Assembly (NCBI GenBank): GCA_963714085.1
Contig: OY970229.1
Span: 1,440,001-1,504,000, forward strand
Reading direction: 5' to 3'
Source of the DNA: an uncultured Candidatus Micrarchaeota archaeon
Lineage (GTDB): Archaea > Micrarchaeota > Micrarchaeia > Anstonellales > Bilamarchaeaceae
DNA: 64,000 nt
The notes under the pieces were generated by a model. The model was not told where the DNA came from, made no database searches, and was given only the letters and a program-made list of their open reading frames with translations. This document shows, piece by piece, positions 28,508 through 38,073 of this stretch. Made by a program: the position numbers and the translations under genes. Every line of letters begins with the position of its first letter. The first letter of the stretch is position 1.

Positions 28508-29941
28508 ATGGAAGACCAAAACACGACTTTAGGGAGAAGGGCGAAGGAGACCGCCGCAAAGGCGCAGTGCGAGCTGGTGGACGTGAAGTTCTCGGATCTT
28601 CTGGGCCAGTGGCAGCATTTCTCGATCCCATCGGGCGCGATCAATTTCGATTCCACGGACTCGTTCCCCTTCGACGGCTCGTCGATTCGGGGGTTCCAGG
28701 AGATAGACGAGAGCGACATGAACCTCATCCCGGACTATTCCACGGCGATCGTGGACCCGTTCTCGAGCAAGAGCCTGAGCGTGGTGTGCGACGTCTACGA
28801 TCCGATCAAGAAGCAGTTCTACCAGAGGGACTCGCGCGTCATCGCGAAGAAGGCCGAGGCCTACCTGAGGTCGAGCGGCATAGGAGACACCGCGTATCTC
28901 GGGCCAGAGGCCGAGTTCTTCGTCTTCGACGACATCCGCTACGCGCAGGACGAGCACTCGGGCTACTACTTCGTGGACTCGTCCGAGGGCATATGGAACT
29001 CCGGCAAGGAGAGCGAGAACGGGGAGGGCAACCTGGGATACAAGCCCAGGTACAAGGAGGGCTATTTCCCGACCCCGCCGCATGACAGCATCCACGAGCT
29101 GCGGAGCGAGATGATGCTCACCATGATGCGCTGCGGCATCACGGCGGAGAAGCACCACCACGAGGTGGCGACCGCTGGCCAGTGCGAGATCGGCATAAAG
29201 TACGACTCGCTGGTGCGCTCTGCGGACAACATCCAGCTCTTCAAGTACGTGGTGAAGAACGTCGCGAGGAAGCACAGGAAGGTCGCGACCTTCATGCCGA
29301 AGCCGCTGTTCAACGACAACGGGAGCGGCATGCACACCCACCAGAGCATATGGAAGGACGGGAAGAACTGCTTCGCGGGCGAGGGCTACGGCGGCCTGAG
29401 CGACACGGCGCTCTACTACGTGGGCGGGCTGCTCAGCCACGCGAGGGCGCTGGCGGCCATCTGCTCGCCGACGACCAACTCCTATAAGAGGCTCGTACCG
29501 GGCTTCGAGGCTCCGGTCAACCTGGTGCACAGCTACCGCAACAGGAGCGCCGCGGTCAGGATACCCGTGGTCGAGCCCGGCGACTGGAAGGCGAAGCGTG
29601 TGGAATACCGCCCTCCGGACCCGAGCTGCAACCCGTACCTCGCGTTCTCGGCCATGCTCATGGCAGGGCTGGACGGGATAAGGAAGAAGACGTCCCCCGG
29701 CGAGCCGATAAACGCCAACATCTACAAGCTGCCCAAGGAGCAGGCCGCGGGAATCAGGCAGCTCCCCGGAAGCCTGGACGAAGCGCTGTCCGAGCTCGAG
29801 AGCGACCACGCGTTCCTATTGGAAGGCAACGTCTTCACAAAGGACGTCATAGAGATGTGGCTGGAGAAGAAGCATGACGAGATAAGCCAGGTCGCGCTGA
29901 GGCCGCACCCCTGGGAGTATCATCTCTACCACGACGTGTGA
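28508..29941 (+). CDS. glnA: Glutamine synthetase type I
   Basis: FDGSSI, HHHEVA, FMPKP..NGSGMH, NSYKRLVPG.EAP and NRSAAVRIP. Confidence 0.97.
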   Translation: MEDQNTTLGRRAKETAAKAQCELVDVKFSDLLGQWQHFSIPSGAINFDSTDSFPFDGSSIRGFQEIDESDMNLIPDYSTAIVDPFSSKSLSVVCDVYDPIKKQFYQRDSRVIAKKAEAYLRSSGIGDTAYLGPEAEFFVFDDIRYAQDEHSGYYFVDSSEGIWNSGKESENGEGNLGYKPRYKEGYFPTPPHDSIHELRSEMMLTMMRCGITAEKHHHEVATAGQCEIGIKYDSLVRSADNIQLFKYVVKNVARKHRKVATFMPKPLFNDNGSGMHTHQSIWKDGKNCFAGEGYGGLSDTALYYVGGLLSHARALAAICSPTTNSYKRLVPGFEAPVNLVHSYRNRSAAVRIPVVEPGDWKAKRVEYRPPDPSCNPYLAFSAMLMAGLDGIRKKTSPGEPINANIYKLPKEQAAGIRQLPGSLDEALSELESDHAFLLEGNVFTKDVIEMWLEKKHDEISQVALRPHPWEYHLYHDV

Positions 29942-29974
29942 GCTCCAGAAAAATCAGCTAGGAAAGGGCTGCTT

Positions 29975-30412
29975 TCATTCTATCTTTACCTTGACGACCG
30001 TAAGGTCCGGGGTAGGCTCCACCCTTATGCCCCCCAAGTCCCATGGGCGGTTCTCCGCGCTTCCGTCGAAGTTGACGCGGAACGGCAGCGAGCGGCCGCC
30101 CGATGCGTCGCGGACGTGCAATCTGAAGGCGACCCCGCGCCCGTCCACGTCCGCCACGCTGATGCTGCTTTCGGACTTGCCGCCCACTATGTTCGCGCGC
30201 CAGATGACGTCCCCTGCCTTGGCCGGGACCTCGCAGAGCGGCATATGCCTGCAGACCGCCGCTGTTCCAGTGATCTCCATCCGGCCCGCCGGCTTCATCA
30301 ACTCCTTCGCCGAATATCCCACGGCTCCGAGCGCTCCGGCAAAGAGCAACACGTTCGTGAACTTCCTCGCCCTCACGCGTGTCCGGAGTTTCTGGGTTTG
30401 AACGGTTTCCAT
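29975..30412 (-). CDS. Hypothetical membrane-anchored protein
   Basis: Basic N-terminus, one TM helix and a beta-rich domain. Confidence 0.55.
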   Translation of the reverse strand: METVQTQKLRTRVRARKFTNVLLFAGALGAVGYSAKELMKPAGRMEITGTAAVCRHMPLCEVPAKAGDVIWRANIVGGKSESSISVADVDGRGVAFRLHVRDASGGRSLPFRVNFDGSAENRPWDLGGIRVEPTPDLTVVKVKIE

Positions 30413-30506
30413 GGCATCATCTTGTCGGATATTGGAAAGAAGCCATTATAACGTATCCTTTTTACCACAACAAATCCGATGGACATGGGAATAGAAAATA
30501 AGGGAG

Positions 30507-31211
30507 TCACTCCTTCTGCAGAGCGAAGGCGTACCTCCTCTCCAGGTTGACGTCCCTGCTGATGTCCACTACCCTGTCCACCGCGCTGAGCACGCTCGTG
30601 AACACCCAGTAGGTCGCGGTGATGCCGAGGGCGAACACCGTCCGCTCGAACGCCACGACGGGTATGAGCGCGATCCACAGCGCGGGCACGGTAGGCACGG
30701 TGTAGAGGAACAGGATGCTCCCCACCGCGTGCGCGGTGAAGGTCGCGCCGTAGCTCCGCAGGAGCAGGTTGTCCGGCATGAACTTCACGATTATCGGTAT
30801 GGTCCAATAAAGCGCGTAGAACCAGGCCTGCGCTCCCACGGGGTTAAGCCAGAAAGCGAGCATGGCGAGCGCGGGGATCACCAGGCTGAGCCTGTCCGAG
30901 AACGCCTTCGCGCCGTTCTTCCAGAAGTAATAAGCCGCGAACATCATGGGCGTGAGCTTTGCGACGTCCCAGAGCGTGAATGAGGCCGAAGCGCCGCCGA
31001 CCACGAAGGCCGCGGCCTTTGCCAGGAACACGGCTGCGACACCGGCGATGCCCAGGAACCCTCCTGCCACCGGGCCGAAGAGCTCGAACAGCGTGAACGA
31101 CTGCCCCGTCACGCCCTGTATCGCGAACACGTTCGTGTTCAGGCCGATGAAGGCGAGAACCGCGAAAAAGCCCAGGAATGATAGTCCCCGAATAGAAAAC
31201 AGTTTCTCCAT
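30507..31211 (-). CDS. Integral membrane protein, possibly ECF S-component-like
   Basis: 234 aa with about six TM segments and host-like codon use. Confidence 0.7.
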   Translation of the reverse strand: MEKLFSIRGLSFLGFFAVLAFIGLNTNVFAIQGVTGQSFTLFELFGPVAGGFLGIAGVAAVFLAKAAAFVVGGASASFTLWDVAKLTPMMFAAYYFWKNGAKAFSDRLSLVIPALAMLAFWLNPVGAQAWFYALYWTIPIIVKFMPDNLLLRSYGATFTAHAVGSILFLYTVPTVPALWIALIPVVAFERTVFALGITATYWVFTSVLSAVDRVVDISRDVNLERRYAFALQKE

Positions 31212-31316
31212 GGTCCCACTCCCGCAATATGCCTCTGGATTATGAATATCCTGTTATATTTATTAAGTTACCCGCACCGCTCCTCTTTAAAATACCTTTG
31301 TTACATAAATTATAAC

Positions 31317-32705
31317 ATGCCAAAGGACTCGCCGCCAGTCTCTTCCATGGTCACAACGCCAGAGCCTCACGCCAGGCCGCACCCCAGGCCGAAATTCCCC
31401 ACACCCGAGCCCGAGCGCAGCAGCAGGCCAGAGTCCCAAGAAGACGATCTGGTGGGGAAGGTGCTCGACAACCGCTATCTCATCATCAAGCGCATCGGTG
31501 AAGGCGGCATGGGGCACATATACCTTGCCACCAACAAGAATATGCCGGGCAGGATGTTCGCAATAAAGGTGCTGCGCAAGGACCACAGTTTTTTCCAGAA
31601 GGAGGCCATGGCAGTCCAGAAAATCGGCCACGACGGCATAGTCAAGGTCTACGACTATGGCGTGATTGAAGACGGGAAAAAAGACCGGCCTTACCTGGTC
31701 ATGGAGTACCTGGAGGGCGTGGACGTGGGCGGACTGCTCGAGAAGAAGAAGCGGCTCAGCTGGCCAGTGGCCAGGGACATAACACTGCAGGTCTGCGCCG
31801 CGCTCCAGGCGGCCCACGAGAATGGCGTGATCCACCTGGACATGAAACCCCAGAACGTGTTCCTCTCAGACCCCGAAGGGAAGGATTCCGTGAAGGTCCT
31901 GGATTTCGGAATCGCATGGCTTCCCGAAAGCGTGGCCGGCATAGAGTCCTCTTCGGCCAAGGGCTTCGTGGGCACCGCGGCCTACGCGCCGCCCGAGCAA
32001 TCCCGCGGTTCCAAGGAGTGCGACCACCGTTCCGATATCTATGCAGTGGGCGTGATGCTCTACGAGATGCTCTGCGGCAGCCTACCGTTCGTCAGCACGA
32101 GCGTCAGGGAGACCAGGCTGATGCACGCCGAGTGCGCGCCCCCGCCTTTCTCGACCTACGGGCAGACCAGCGGCATACCGGACGGAGTCGAGGCGGTGGT
32201 CATGCGCTGCCTCGAGAAGACCAAGGAGGGGCGTTACCAGTCCATGACCGAGTTCGCGCAGGCGCTTCTGGCCGCGGACCAGAAGTCGCGGCAGCTCCTG
32301 GACATGCCCGACGTGCTGCAGGAGGACGACCACGAGAGGCCTCCGCGCAACAGGATGGAATCCTCGTCATTCGTCGGATGGATCGCCGCAGCGCTCATAG
32401 GTGTCGCGGCGGCCTGGGGGATCTGGGCCCACAGCAAAGGCAGCGGCGATGCCCCGGTTGAACTGAGACAGGACGCGCAGCCCGCACTGGCCGAGACGCC
32501 TGACGCTTCGGCAGAGCGACCTCCAGAGAAGAAGGAGCAGCCCAAGAAGCCACACAAGCCGCACAGGGCGCACCGGTCGAACGCCGGGAGCCATCCAGAA
32601 GCGCAGCCATCCCAGAATGAGGGGCATCCGCCCGCCAATCAGGCCAAGACCCTCCTCGGTCAGCCGGTGGACGATTCGGCTGAAGAGGGCTATTCTCCGG
32701 AATGA
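31317..32705 (+). CDS. PknB-type membrane Ser/Thr protein kinase
   Basis: GEGGMG, AIKVL, HLDMKPQN, DFG, GT..Y.PPE and SDIY; TM helix and Pro-rich tail. Confidence 0.9.
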   Translation: MPKDSPPVSSMVTTPEPHARPHPRPKFPTPEPERSSRPESQEDDLVGKVLDNRYLIIKRIGEGGMGHIYLATNKNMPGRMFAIKVLRKDHSFFQKEAMAVQKIGHDGIVKVYDYGVIEDGKKDRPYLVMEYLEGVDVGGLLEKKKRLSWPVARDITLQVCAALQAAHENGVIHLDMKPQNVFLSDPEGKDSVKVLDFGIAWLPESVAGIESSSAKGFVGTAAYAPPEQSRGSKECDHRSDIYAVGVMLYEMLCGSLPFVSTSVRETRLMHAECAPPPFSTYGQTSGIPDGVEAVVMRCLEKTKEGRYQSMTEFAQALLAADQKSRQLLDMPDVLQEDDHERPPRNRMESSSFVGWIAAALIGVAAAWGIWAHSKGSGDAPVELRQDAQPALAETPDASAERPPEKKEQPKKPHKPHRAHRSNAGSHPEAQPSQNEGHPPANQAKTLLGQPVDDSAEEGYSPE

Positions 32706-32725
32706 AGCCGGAGCGGTGAAAGCAT

Positions 32726-32741
32726 TCGGGCCTGGAGGGAT
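32726..32741. repeat. 16-bp exact copy of the tRNA-Lys 3' end (other copy 33487-33502), att-like
   Basis: tcgggcctggagggat at both positions, bracketing the 32749..33483 gene. Confidence 0.85.
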
Positions 32742-32748
32742 CATACGC

Positions 32749-33483
32749 ATGAGAACCATGAACCATGTCCAGCAGGCTGCCGGGGAGAAGGCAGGCTGGA
32801 ATCCCAGGATGCGCTACGAGGTGCTCAGGGGCCCGGACGACATCAAGGTCCTGGACCGCGAGCGCGATTATTTCCTGGTGCTCTCGCGGAAAAGCCATCA
32901 CTACCTGGGCGCAGTGCATTTCTTCAGGCCGGGCCTCACCAGGGACGGGCAGGTGTTCTCGCACATACCAGTCACCGCCACGTGGCTGCGCGGATATCCT
33001 GCGGAAGTACGGAGACTGAAAATAACGCCCGGGCTCCAGTATCTCGAGGTCGGCGCAGGATACGGCGGCTTCATACCGCGCGTGCTGCTCGGGTCCCGGC
33101 AGGGCTCGCCCAAGCCGATAATCATAGACTCCGCTGATTTTGACGCGATGCACGGCCTCCTGTCATACGCGAAGGCGCGCATCGGGTTTCCGGACCGCAT
33201 CAGCGGTATCGTGGACAAAATCCTGGAGCGGCATGAGCTGATCACGGACTCCGGCAAGGTGCGCCTCATCAACATGAACCTCGGCGATGCGCTGCGCAGC
33301 TTTCCGGACCTTGCGGGAATCGCGGACGTCCTGGTGGACAGGTGCGGGGCCATAAGCTATCCCGAGCTCGAGACGCTCGACGGCGAGAAGCCTGAAAAGG
33401 GGGTCGTCGCGCGTAGGGTCTCGGACCTTGAGAGCATGCTGTTGAAAAAAGGCGGGGAGATATTCACCCTGGGCGTTTGCTGA
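32749..33483 (+). CDS. Class I SAM methyltransferase-like hypothetical protein
   Basis: YLEVGAGYGG motif I, IIID, and a C-terminal LLKKGGEI strand. Confidence 0.6.
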   Translation: MRTMNHVQQAAGEKAGWNPRMRYEVLRGPDDIKVLDRERDYFLVLSRKSHHYLGAVHFFRPGLTRDGQVFSHIPVTATWLRGYPAEVRRLKITPGLQYLEVGAGYGGFIPRVLLGSRQGSPKPIIIDSADFDAMHGLLSYAKARIGFPDRISGIVDKILERHELITDSGKVRLINMNLGDALRSFPDLAGIADVLVDRCGAISYPELETLDGEKPEKGVVARRVSDLESMLLKKGGEIFTLGVC

Positions 33484-33487
33484 GGAT

Positions 33488-33561
33488 CGGGCCTGGAGGG
33501 ATTTGAACCCTCGGCCTGCGGATTAAAAGTCCGACGCTCTACCAAGCTGAGCTACAGGCCC
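33488..33561 (-). tRNA. tRNA-Lys(UUU)
   Basis: GGGCCTGTAGCTCAGCTTGGTAGAGCGTCGGACTTTTAATCCGCAGGCCGAGGGTTCAAATCCCTCCAGGCCCG folds as a cloverleaf; anticodon TTT; no intron, no encoded CCA. Confidence 0.95.
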
Positions 33562-33771
33562 GGAAGCGAAACGAGGCCCGATGCCTGAAGGCATGGTTTC
33601 CTGTTTCGTTGAAGATACTTGCCCATAATGCTTATAATGGGTAGGGCTTTCTTCTCCGCAGAAACCGCCCTCGGCGTTCCAAAACAATCCATTCCGGCCC
33701 GCGCTCCTCAGGGCATGAAGGATTTAAAAACACCTCACGATAAACGATATACCTTTGTGGCAGTTGATCCG

Positions 33772-34344
33772 ATGACGCAGGAATACGATCTTTCCAGGAT
33801 AGAGGACGCGATAAGGAGGAATTTCCCGGAGTCCAAGATTTTCGGCGTGAAGGCGACCGTGGACACCATCATGGAATTCATAAAGAAGGAGACCGGCACC
33901 ATGGACGCCTTCTGGCTCCAGAAGGCGACCGTCACGGCCATAAACGACCTGGCCCGCGACGCGTTCGCCCGCGTCCCAGCTTCGAAACGCTTCGTCTTCA
34001 TACCGCACTGCCTCAGGCACATAAAGTCGTGCAAGGCGCAGGCCGGGGAGGAGGGCTACGCCTGCCTCAAATGCGGGGCGTGCAAGATAAACGAGATCAT
34101 GAAGGCGTGCGAGAGCCGTGGCATACGCGCGTACATCGTCGCGGGCGGCTCCCAGCTGGTCAACATCGTGAAGAAATACGAGCCGGCCGCGGTCCTGGGC
34201 ATAGCCTGCTTCGCCGAGGTCCGCATGGGCCTGGACAAGATGATGGAGCTGGGCATACCCACGCAGGCCGTCATACTCTCCACCTGCGGCTGCGTGAACA
34301 CCGACGTCAACCTGGACGAGGTGTACGCGAAGATAAACCTCTGA
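33772..34344 (+). CDS. DUF116-family Cys-rich protein
   Basis: PHCLR...C..CG.C.I, GGS, GIAC and CVNT.V motifs; start uncertain. Confidence 0.85.
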   Translation: MTQEYDLSRIEDAIRRNFPESKIFGVKATVDTIMEFIKKETGTMDAFWLQKATVTAINDLARDAFARVPASKRFVFIPHCLRHIKSCKAQAGEEGYACLKCGACKINEIMKACESRGIRAYIVAGGSQLVNIVKKYEPAAVLGIACFAEVRMGLDKMMELGIPTQAVILSTCGCVNTDVNLDEVYAKINL

Positions 34345-36525
34345 TCAGAGCCTGCTGCGCGGGACCCTCACGACCGTATCCTTGTTGGCGCCCAGGTCCC
34401 TGCGCCTATCCGCGTTCTCAGCGAGCGTCCTCGCCATCTTCCTGTAGTCCTCTGCAGGGGCGCCGGGATAGACCGCGGTTTCCAGCATCTTCGGCCTCTT
34501 GGGGTTCATGTCGAAGCCTATCAGCGCGACCGGTTTCGCATTCTCGATTACCTCCACGAGGAACCGCTCCGAAGGCAGGGTCTTGAGCCCCTGCCTGAAC
34601 CTGGCATCGAGCTGCCTGTTGGCTTCCGCCGGGACGTCCAGCCCTATCGCTTCGGGCTTCGGCTCGCCGTTGCCTTCGGACGAAGGGAGCTTCTCCAGGG
34701 AAGCTATCCGCGCCCTGCTTCTCGCATGCGTGATCTCGAACACCAGCACGTTTAACTCTCCGGCGAGCTTCCTCCTCATCCTTGCGAGGTCCTCGGTCCG
34801 CACCCCGCAGGCCTCCAGCGCCTCGTTCCCCGGCGGGTTTATCGCGACCACTCCGGATTCGACCAGGCTGAACCCGTTCTGGACCATGCCCCGGAGCGTG
34901 GCGTCTGTCGCAGAATAATCCGGGCCGAATGTCGCTATGACCGTGGGAGCGAAAGCGAGGTTCTCATGGACCGCCTGGAACAGTTTCGTGAGCGCTTCTG
35001 TGGAGAGCCTGTGTATGCTGTGCAGGATTACGGTGTCGGCCTCAAGCACGCGGCACCCTTCGAGCGACTTGAATCCCCCCATGGGGACGTGATGGGGGTC
35101 TATGTCCGCTCCGGTCTCCTCGGCCGCCCTCGTGAGCGGGTCGGGGTAGAGCGACACGCACGCGACAGAGCCCTGCAGCAGGTTCCCGAAGCACCTTATC
35201 AGCCCTGCCATCTCCCTGAACGCGGAGAGGTTGCGCAGCCTCCTTCCCAGCGCCGCATCGCTTGCGTCCGTCCGCTCGCCGCGCTCGAGCGCGAGCTCCA
35301 CCGCCTGGTCCGCGGATAGCCCCTGCCCGGCGCAGAAGGCGAGCCAGACCGACGGGTTCGTGCACAAGCGCGCCTGGACCGTCTCATCGCTCACCCCGGT
35401 CGACCTTGAGATGGCGCGCACAGTGGCCGGGCCCGGCAGCGACGGAATCCTGTCCATGATTATCCGGTCCACGATTTCATAGCCCCTGGTCCTGGCCTTC
35501 CCGAACGGGCAGCTGCACAGTTCCCTGTTCGACATCCTCTTGAGGAAAACCTCGTCGCCCGCTCCGTCCATCCAGGCGATCGCCCGCGCCTCGGCCGCAT
35601 CGCGCAGCGCTGTATCGGAATCATATGCCTCCTGGACCGTGTTGCGGCTTATGGTCAGGGCTTCCGCGAGCGCGTTGGCCGACGGGATTCCGTCGAAAGA
35701 CTCCAGCCTGCTGGCGATTATCGCTTTGAGCCTGTCGCGGATTTTCCGCTTGGCGTTCTTGAAGCTGCAGTTGTTCGCTTCGGTGCTGCTGAGATTGTCC
35801 AGGAACCGCTGCTCCTCCAGGCCGTCCAGCCATTGGACCGCCCTCGCCTCTGCGGCATCCTTCAGCCCGGGGACGGACTCGAAGCACTTGGTTATGATGC
35901 GGGTGCTGAGCCCCATCGCCGCGGCCAGCGCCGTTGCGGACGGCAAGCCTTTGAACGAGGGTATCTTCTCCTTGGCGATTATCCGTCCGAGGATTTCGCG
36001 CGCCCTTGCCTTGGCCCCATCGAAATCGTTCAGGTCCTTTTCGATCTGGACGAATTTGCTCACGAACTCATCGTCTTTAAGGGTCCCCATCCAGGCCACC
36101 GCCCTCTCTTCCACAGCAGGGCGCATGGCAGCGTTCGCCCTGAAGCGCCTGGAAATCGCACGGAACCCCAGGTGCATTTCCTCCGCAAGAGCCGTGGGCG
36201 TGGGCAGCCCGTCGAAAGACGCGATTCTCCTGAGGATGAATCCGTCCAAGAGCCCGTGCATCCTGGCATTGGCCTTTTCGTAAGGGCAGGTCGTCAGCTG
36301 CGAGCCGCTTATCGTGCGCAGCAAGGCCCCTTCGTCAAGGCTCTCCAGCCATTCCACCGCCCTCGCCTCTGCAGCATCGCGCAGCGACGGATTCGAGTTG
36401 AGATGGCGGTTTATCGCGTGGATGGACACGTCGGGAATCGCGTCATGGAGCGCGGTGGCTGAGGGTACGCCGTCGAACGATGGCAAGAGCGCGAGTATCC
36501 TGCTGTCAAGGTCCCTCTTCGTCAT
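34345..36525 (-). CDS. Protein with about 4.5 tandem ~86-aa GntR-like HTH repeats
   Basis: Repeated SFDGxPSxTALA...RDAAEARAxxW units. Confidence 0.75.
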   Translation of the reverse strand: MTKRDLDSRILALLPSFDGVPSATALHDAIPDVSIHAINRHLNSNPSLRDAAEARAVEWLESLDEGALLRTISGSQLTTCPYEKANARMHGLLDGFILRRIASFDGLPTPTALAEEMHLGFRAISRRFRANAAMRPAVEERAVAWMGTLKDDEFVSKFVQIEKDLNDFDGAKARAREILGRIIAKEKIPSFKGLPSATALAAAMGLSTRIITKCFESVPGLKDAAEARAVQWLDGLEEQRFLDNLSSTEANNCSFKNAKRKIRDRLKAIIASRLESFDGIPSANALAEALTISRNTVQEAYDSDTALRDAAEARAIAWMDGAGDEVFLKRMSNRELCSCPFGKARTRGYEIVDRIIMDRIPSLPGPATVRAISRSTGVSDETVQARLCTNPSVWLAFCAGQGLSADQAVELALERGERTDASDAALGRRLRNLSAFREMAGLIRCFGNLLQGSVACVSLYPDPLTRAAEETGADIDPHHVPMGGFKSLEGCRVLEADTVILHSIHRLSTEALTKLFQAVHENLAFAPTVIATFGPDYSATDATLRGMVQNGFSLVESGVVAINPPGNEALEACGVRTEDLARMRRKLAGELNVLVFEITHARSRARIASLEKLPSSEGNGEPKPEAIGLDVPAEANRQLDARFRQGLKTLPSERFLVEVIENAKPVALIGFDMNPKRPKMLETAVYPGAPAEDYRKMARTLAENADRRRDLGANKDTVVRVPRSRL

Positions 36526-36615
36526 TTATAACGTTGTACTTTATGTATAAACGCTTTTATAAATCCTCTTCGCCCCTGGGCTCATTAATTAATACCTTAT
36601 CTGCGATATCCGGCC

Positions 36616-36999
36616 ATGGTCCTCTGTTATCGCAAGGGCTCGCGCGCGGAGCACGAGCTCATAGACTATTTCTCCCAGAAAGGATACTGCGTGATACGCG
36701 CGGCCGGCTCGGGCGTCAACTCCCTCTCCCCGGACATCCTCGTCTTCAGGCGCGGGGTGCAGTGCGGCATAGAGGCAAAGGCGCACGAGACCACCTGCCT
36801 CGGGATAGACCGCGAGCAGTTCGAGAACCTCAGGAAATGGGAGGACGTGAGCGGCATAAACTGCTATATCGGGTGGAGGCGCAGCCGCGAGCCCTGGTAC
36901 TTCGTGCCCCTATCGGTCTTCAAGGAGAACGAGAAGAGCTTCTCGGTCAACTGGGGCCAGGCGCAGGCTGTGGGGAAGAAGCTCGAGGAGTTCGGCTGA
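36616..36999 (+). CDS. hjc: Archaeal Holliday junction resolvase
   Basis: KG.RAE.EL, RAAGSG, PDIL and IEAK. Confidence 0.93.
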   Translation: MVLCYRKGSRAEHELIDYFSQKGYCVIRAAGSGVNSLSPDILVFRRGVQCGIEAKAHETTCLGIDREQFENLRKWEDVSGINCYIGWRRSREPWYFVPLSVFKENEKSFSVNWGQAQAVGKKLEEFG

Positions 37000-37069
37000 C
37001 CCCACAAAGCCACTAAAAAAGAGACATACTTTTTTATATTGTTCCAATCACAACATATCCTGGGGTATC

Positions 37070-37555
37070 ATGAAACTTCACGGAAACAATCCGGGCATCG
37101 TGAAAGCCGGCGCAGCAAAAACCGCCAGGAACGAGTTCAAGACAAGCTCGTTTTCCGGGCGGCTGCGCACGGGCGTAGTCGCCAGCGCATTGTTCGCAGC
37201 GTCCGTGACCGGATGCGCCGAGACGTCTTATTCGGACAGGCAAAGCACGCCGAATCTGGTTGCTAAGGTGGACCAGCAGAAGACAGGCGACGGCGATAGA
37301 CTCGATACGACGATTGCTGGCGTGCTTGCCGCGACCGGATTCATGACAGCGATCGGGGTTTTCGCGTACTATTCCGGCAAGAAGGAGATGCCATCTGAAC
37401 GCGTCATGGTCCTATTTACTCTCGACATACTGGCTTCTGCCTGGTTAGTGGGATACGCTGCCACTGACGGGCGTATGGGCGGCGGTCCCCAGCCACTGTC
37501 CAATTCTCCGTTCCCGTACGGGTCTCCCACGATAAGCCTGCCGGGCCATCGCTGA
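37070..37555 (+). CDS. Putative lipoprotein with two TM helices (paralog A)
   Basis: SFSGRL..G.VA.ALFAAS..GC lipobox-like leader shared with 38074..38571. Confidence 0.65.
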   Translation: MKLHGNNPGIVKAGAAKTARNEFKTSSFSGRLRTGVVASALFAASVTGCAETSYSDRQSTPNLVAKVDQQKTGDGDRLDTTIAGVLAATGFMTAIGVFAYYSGKKEMPSERVMVLFTLDILASAWLVGYAATDGRMGGGPQPLSNSPFPYGSPTISLPGHR

Positions 37556-37660
37556 TTTCCCCGCTTGCGATATCCTGGTGTCAGCTCATTATCCTCTTCA
37601 TCCTTGAGTTCCAGTAGCGAGGGCGCAATCTTTAAATCAACATCGGGCACAGAATCATTC

Positions 37661-37912
37661 ATGACCGAACAACTCCAGCTGAAGCAGCCCAATCCCCTAT
37701 CCGAGGTCCATGTGTACCAGAAGGTCCAGTCCGAAAACAGGTTCTCGGATCTGAAGACGTGGCTGACCAGCATAGATCCCCATCTTGGCGAGTGCATAGA
37801 CAAGGGGAAGTTCGTCCTCTCGCTCGCGAAGATCGAGAACGTGACGCTCGCCGTCAACGTCGGCCCCACAGGCGCGAAGAAATTCACCTTCGGGTTCGAC
37901 GTCAGGTTCTGA
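37661..37912 (+). CDS. Small hypothetical protein
   Basis: TTTAAA about 25 nt upstream of the ATG at 37661; ends FTFGFDVRF. Confidence 0.5.
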   Translation: MTEQLQLKQPNPLSEVHVYQKVQSENRFSDLKTWLTSIDPHLGECIDKGKFVLSLAKIENVTLAVNVGPTGAKKFTFGFDVRF

Positions 37913-37913
37913 G

Positions 37914-37957
37914 TATCTCTTCCATCCTCTCTATCCGATAATTGGTCACCGCCACGC
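37914..37957. repeat. Displaced copy of the kae1 3' end (39/44 identical to 38583-38626)
   Basis: Minus strand encodes VAVTNYRIERMEEI then LRT-stop; all five mismatches are synonymous. Confidence 0.92.
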
Positions 37958-38073
37958 TGCGCAGATAACCCGCCAGCCTGACGTTATGAGTACCTGGTCC
38001 TTGTTGCCACAAAAATACTGAAAGGGACATACATTCTTATATAGTTTGAATTACAACTTATTCCGGGGTTCCC

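Noticed and set aside
28529..29809. Long antisense ORFs over glnA, the PQQ protein, the kinase, tuf and the S24e region
   Set aside because: Expected shadows of high-GC3 genes, with no motifs of their own
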